Below, in pieces: positions 59,597-64,000 of a DNA stretch of 64,000 bases; position 1 is the stretch's first letter; each line of letters begins with the position of its first letter. Source of the DNA: an uncultured cyanobacterium. Lineage in GTDB: Bacteria > Cyanobacteriota > Cyanobacteriia > Cyanobacteriales > Nostocaceae. The notes beneath the pieces were generated by a model. It saw only the letters and a list, made by a program, of their open reading frames with translations. It searched no databases and was not told where the DNA came from. Location of the stretch: positions 480,001 through 544,000 of the forward strand of contig CAVUDP010000002.1 of assembly GCA_963740315.1 (NCBI GenBank). The letters are read 5' to 3'. A program made the position numbers and the translations under genes.

Positions 59597-60691
59597 GTGC
59601 CAAAATCCCCTAAATATTTACTGATTGGGTCAACTGAGGCTTCTAGCGGTAAATCCGCAACTATTTTAGGTTTGTCTCATCATCTACATCAAGCTGGACT
59701 GGATATCGCTTATGGCAAACCTCTTGGTAAGTGTTTGAGAGAATCTCAAGACAGTTTGATTGAAGAAGATGTCGAGTTTATTACCCAAAGTCTCAATCTA
59801 TCTCCCTCTCGTGTACTACCGACATTACTCGCTTTAAACGAAACTACACTGCAACAACGTCTTGGCGGCGAAGATGAAACCGATTATGCTGCCTCTCTTA
59901 CAAGTCAATACTTACAAAACAACTTGGGTGATTTAGTTTTACTAGAAGGTTCGGGTAATTTATCTGAAGGTTATTTGTTTGATTTATCTTTAATGCAAAT
60001 AGCTGATGCCCTAGATGGTGGGGTGCTTCTAGTATTCCGCTATAAGTCTTTGCTGTCTATCGAAGCATTATTGTCTGCCAAACAGATGGTTGGAGAGCGT
60101 TTGATCGGTGTTGTCATCAATGATGTACCGGCAGAACATTTACAAGCCGTTGATGATACCATGCGTCCCTTTCTCGAACAGCAAGGTATTCCCGTATTAG
60201 GTATATTGCCTAAAAGTAACTTGCTACGCAGCATCACCGTGCGCGAATTGGTTCATCAGTTAAATGCAGAAGTTTTATGTCGTGGCGATCGCCTAAATTT
60301 ATTAGTCGAAAGCCTTGCAATTGGGGCGATGAATGTCAATGCTGCCGTTAAATATTTTCGCAAACGTCAAAATATGGCAGTAGTTACAGGTGGCGATCGA
60401 GTGGAAATTCAGCAGGCTGCATTGGAAACTTCTACCCAATGTCTGATTCTCACCGGACAGTTACCACCTCCACCTTTCATTCTCAGTCGCGCCCAAGAAC
60501 TAGAAATTCCCATTTTATCTGTAGATTTAGATACTCTTAGCACTGTGGAAATTATTGAGCGTGCCTTCGGTCAAGTTCGCGTCCACGAACCCATCAAAGT
60601 CGAATGCATTCGTCATTTAATGCAAGAACATTTTGAAATCAACCGCTTGCTTTCTCTAATGGGTTTGAGTCCGGCAACTACGCGATCGTAA
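59597..60691 (+). CDS. Phosphotransacetylase N-terminal-like (BioD-like P-loop + DRTGG) protein
   Basis: STEASSGKS, YGKPLG, LLEGSG, IGAMNV, VVTGGDR, LILTG. Confidence 0.9.
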   Translation: MPKSPKYLLIGSTEASSGKSATILGLSHHLHQAGLDIAYGKPLGKCLRESQDSLIEEDVEFITQSLNLSPSRVLPTLLALNETTLQQRLGGEDETDYAASLTSQYLQNNLGDLVLLEGSGNLSEGYLFDLSLMQIADALDGGVLLVFRYKSLLSIEALLSAKQMVGERLIGVVINDVPAEHLQAVDDTMRPFLEQQGIPVLGILPKSNLLRSITVRELVHQLNAEVLCRGDRLNLLVESLAIGAMNVNAAVKYFRKRQNMAVVTGGDRVEIQQAALETSTQCLILTGQLPPPPFILSRAQELEIPILSVDLDTLSTVEIIERAFGQVRVHEPIKVECIRHLMQEHFEINRLLSLMGLSPATTRS

Positions 60692-61008
60692 ATAATTTAT
60701 CCCTTAATTCCGACGGGTTGTAGAGACGTAGCAGTGCTACGTCTCCCGACGTTTTGGGAAAAACTAACCCATCAAATTTAATGCAATAGACTACCAGTAT
60801 TCCTTTTCAAAAGTTTTGCTGGGTAAAAAGGTTCGTAGTAAGAGTTTTAACTCTCGCATCTGACGATTAAAATCCTCGCATGGAAGGGCATCGGTTCCCT
60901 GAATCCGGAGGGGAACCAATGCCCTTACTACAAACCTATCATAACTAATGCAATAGACCACTAGAAATTTTAGCGACAAGTTACTTTTAAATCCTCCTGG
61001 TGAAGATT

Positions 61009-61371
61009 TTATTTCTCGCTATTGATTGATACATAATGCATGAAAAGCCCCAATCCCCAACCAGAAATTGGATAAATTGCCCAAAAATCACGGGGAGTTG
61101 TAACTAAATTCAGCACTATTAAGAATGTATTTACCGCCACAAATGTAATTAAGTGTTTTTTAAATGCTCGACGTTTCATTTCACGACGAGTTTGTTGTTG
61201 TTGCTGCACTTTGGCTTGAATCAACCATTCTTGTTCGGCTGTCTTAAGTAATTCCGGAGAAATTCCTAATTCTGTAGCCATTTCTGAAAGTTGTTCTTTA
61301 GAAAAAGATTCCTCTTTGCCTGCCATCGCCAGTTGAAGAATTTTTTGCACGTCGTCAGAGCTATAAGTCAT
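61009..61371 (-). CDS. 2TM domain-containing protein
   Basis: YSSDDVQKILQLA, FKKHLITFVAVN, WGLGLFMH. Confidence 0.85.
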   Translation of the reverse strand: MTYSSDDVQKILQLAMAGKEESFSKEQLSEMATELGISPELLKTAEQEWLIQAKVQQQQQTRREMKRRAFKKHLITFVAVNTFLIVLNLVTTPRDFWAIYPISGWGLGLFMHYVSINSEK

Positions 61372-61510
61372 ATCAATATCTCAATGGAGTTATGCCGGGA
61401 GTATTTGGAGTTAAAGCTTTATGCTGACTTGAAACCGAGATAGGAATGGTAAGCAACGAACGAAAATCTCTAAAAATTCGTTCGGTAGGTTTTTTCTTTA
61501 AGTTCCCCTT

Positions 61511-61900
61511 TCTCAGATTTACCGCGAACTATTCATGAGATAATTACTCAAGAAGGACGACCGGATAAAAAAGTTTATCGTGTTACACAACTTTTAATCT
61601 TGAGTCATAAGAATAGATTGCTAAACGAAGCTAACTAACGCCAGTTAAAGATGGTTTATTGGTTGAAATATTTAGCCGACATATTGTATCCAAAGATACT
61701 ATTTTGTAATAATTAGAAGATCGCCGCAAAGCTCATATTGAGAAATTATCTAAATACAAACAGTTAGAACAGAAATATTCTCGCGCATCCTTAACAACAA
61801 TCTCGCGTTGCCTTCTTTGGAGTATCTAACTATAAACTCTTGTATTCGTTATCAAACCGTAAGGGGCTTGCTTGGTGCGATCGAGCGATCGAGTTATGGA
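61511..61900 (+). pseudogene. Degraded PadR-family transcriptional regulator
   Basis: Ordered fragments QIYREL, QEGRPDKKVYRVT, PVKDGLLVEIFS, LEDRRKAHIEKLSKYKQLEQKY, EYLTINSCIRYQT and AWCDRAIEL, broken by stops and frameshifts. Confidence 0.75.
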
Positions 61901-62003
61901 ATAAATTAGTTTAAAAATTGTACGCTCTAACCATTAGTAGGTTCCCGACAACTCTTTCACCTGCTAAAATATCTTGGTCGTTTAATAGCAATTAAAATCG
62001 TCT

Positions 62004-62510
62004 TTGAGTCAGTCAACCGACCTAGTAAATAGCATCGATACGTTAGCGCAAGAATTAGCGACAATTCAGCAAATGGGTTCTAAACGAATCGCCGTGCTGG
62101 GTTCTCGTCATGTGCCGATTACTCACCAGAATTTAATTGAAATGATGACTTATGCCCTGGTTTTGTCAGGGAATCGAGTTATTACCTCTGGTGCTACGGG
62201 TACAAATTCAGCTGCTATCAAGGGCGCAATGCGAGCCGATCCGAACTTTCTAACGGTAATTTTACCCCAAAGTTTAGATCGTCAGCCTTCAGAATCGCGC
62301 CAGCAATTAGAACAGGTAATGCACCTGGTAGAAAATTCCAGTAATGACCATTTATCCCTTGCTGAAGCTAGTTACCTATGTAATAAGGAGATTATCTCTC
62401 GCTGTCAGCAACTTGTATGCTTCGCCTTTCACGATAGTGGCACCCTGTTACAAACGTGCAAGGATGCAGAAGAACAAAGAAAAGTAGTAACATTGTTCTA
62501 CTTTGATTAA
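62004..62510 (+). CDS. SLOG/DprA-like protein (DNA recombination-mediator protein A family)
   Basis: RIAVLGSRHVP, ITSGATGTNSAAIKGA, FAFHDSGTLL. Confidence 0.85.
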   Translation: MSQSTDLVNSIDTLAQELATIQQMGSKRIAVLGSRHVPITHQNLIEMMTYALVLSGNRVITSGATGTNSAAIKGAMRADPNFLTVILPQSLDRQPSESRQQLEQVMHLVENSSNDHLSLAEASYLCNKEIISRCQQLVCFAFHDSGTLLQTCKDAEEQRKVVTLFYFD

Positions 62511-62975
62511 TCGGCAGGTGATTCGAGTCGCTTTCTCATTAATCATTAGTCATTCGATTTTGGATTCATGATTTTGAGGACACTGCTTTCGTTCCCACAC
62601 TATTAGCAAGTGTCCGGGGTTTTAGATTTCTGCAAATAAATAAGCCGTACCTTGCGGATAAACGAGGGCTTCCCCCATGAAAGTATTAACCATACTGTCC
62701 GTATAGTTCCATCATTGAACTAGGGACTTGTACCTTTCATATACAATTGTTAAATCTAAAATCTAAAATCTAAAATCTAAAATTATTTATGACTAGTGAA
62801 CTAGTAAAGCGTGCAGCTATTTGCGGTTTAAAGTATGCCTCGATTTAAAGTATGGAAATCAACGGTTAACTTTTTACCTCAATTGCGGTGCAAAGTGTAA
62901 GAATAATGTGGGAAAAATGTTCGCTTCCTCAACCATTCGATTTTATATAAAACAAGATTTTTTCACTATCTATTT

Positions 62976-63395
62976 ATGTTGATGTTTTCGCAATTGCCCG
63001 TATCAGCTTTATTCTTGTACTGTATTGCTATAGCTTTCTTGCTCATTTACGTACCATTTTTGGTAGTTGCTTATGCCCGTGTAAGTATTGGTTACGATTA
63101 TTACGCACCTCGCACCATGTTTGAGAAACTTCCAGCTTACGCGCAACGTGCGACTTGGGCGCATCAAAACTCTTTTGAAGCCTTTCCAATTTTTGCTGCT
63201 GCGGCGTTGATGGCTTACGTAACAGGCGTTAATTCTTCTTTGGCTGCATGGGCGGCATTAAGCTTTATTACAGCCCGTTTATTGTATTCAGTTTTTTATA
63301 TTTCAAATATTCCGCTTTTGCGATCGCTTATGTATGCTATTGGTTTGGGTTGTTCTTGTACTTTATTCGTGCTGAGTATAATTCAAGCTAGTTGA
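62976..63395 (+). CDS. MAPEG family membrane protein
   Basis: RATWAHQNSFEAF, ARLLYSVFY, LRSLM. Confidence 0.9.
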   Translation: MLMFSQLPVSALFLYCIAIAFLLIYVPFLVVAYARVSIGYDYYAPRTMFEKLPAYAQRATWAHQNSFEAFPIFAAAALMAYVTGVNSSLAAWAALSFITARLLYSVFYISNIPLLRSLMYAIGLGCSCTLFVLSIIQAS

Positions 63396-63493
63396 AATTG
63401 GATAGTAGATAGTAGAAATAGCAATTAACTACTAACTACTAACTACTATTATTTAAATGTAAAATTACTAATAAATAAAACTGACAATTTGTT

Positions 63494-63985
63494 ATGGCTT
63501 CTACTTATTCATTTGACGTTGTTAGCGATTTTGATAGACAAGAATTGGTTAATGCGATCGACCAAACTACGCGAGAAATTAAAGGTCGCTTTGATTTAAA
63601 AGACACTAAAACTACAGTGGAATTAGGAGAAGATAGTATAAAAGTAAATACAGATAGCGAGTTTACTTTAGAAACCATCAACACTATATTGCGAGAAAAA
63701 GCGGCAAAGCGTCAACTTTCTCAAAAAATCTTTGAATTTGGCGAACCTGAATCTGGTGGCGGTAGTCGCGTCAATCAAGAAATAAAGTTGAAGAAAGGCA
63801 TTAGTCAAGAGATTTCCAAGAAACTCTCTAAGTTGATTCGCGATGAATTTAAAAAAGTACAGGCTTCTATTCAAGGAGATGCAATACGAGTTAGTAGTAA
63901 GAATAAAGATGATTTGCAAGTTGTGATGCAGCGGTTGAAACAAGAAGATTTACCAGTCGCTTTGCAGTTTACAAATTATCGTTAG
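63494..63985 (+). CDS. yajQ: YajQ family nucleotide/c-di-GMP-binding protein
   Basis: [41 protein letters not shown]. Confidence 0.95.
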   Translation: MASTYSFDVVSDFDRQELVNAIDQTTREIKGRFDLKDTKTTVELGEDSIKVNTDSEFTLETINTILREKAAKRQLSQKIFEFGEPESGGGSRVNQEIKLKKGISQEISKKLSKLIRDEFKKVQASIQGDAIRVSSKNKDDLQVVMQRLKQEDLPVALQFTNYR

Positions 63986-64000
63986 CTAGCTAGTACAGAG

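Noticed and set aside
60779..60958. 13-bp direct repeat TAATGCAATAGAC around a hairpin element, as a target-site duplication
   Set aside because: The repeats do not abut the element ends symmetrically, so there is too little evidence for a TSD

Overview
AT-rich cyanobacterial chromosome segment, most likely a heterocystous Nostocales strain (inferred from abundant HIP1 GCGATCGC octamers, heptamer/nonamer STRR arrays, and photosynthesis and alkane genes). The left ~13.4 kb is accessory. It holds two Uma2 genes, a 6 x 130-131 bp structured tandem array, and a ~10.6 kb restriction/defence-like locus: PLD-nuclease/SNF2-helicase fusion, unknown 164-aa ORF, DUF1016 nuclease, Uma2, antitoxin-like + retropepsin pair, and a frameshifted type IIG-like N6-adenine methyltransferase. 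Two directly oriented copies of one ~105-bp MITE-like element bracket this locus. The rest is mostly core genome: cobK, hspA, cbiD, psaK, trpF, the ado-aar-accA-SDR-folE cluster, cyaB1, a PaO-like Rieske oxygenase, recN, ABC1 kinase, dnaX (split by a frameshift), mgdA, ebsA and yajQ. It also carries a VapBC pair, a TPR-CHAT pseudoprotease with a small paralogous partner, and an APC permease/lipoprotein pair. Intergenic DNA is filled with nested small mobile repeats, several of which have inserted in frame into genes. No rRNA, tRNA, CRISPR array, integrase or transposase was seen. All family assignments come from motif recognition by eye, not database searches.
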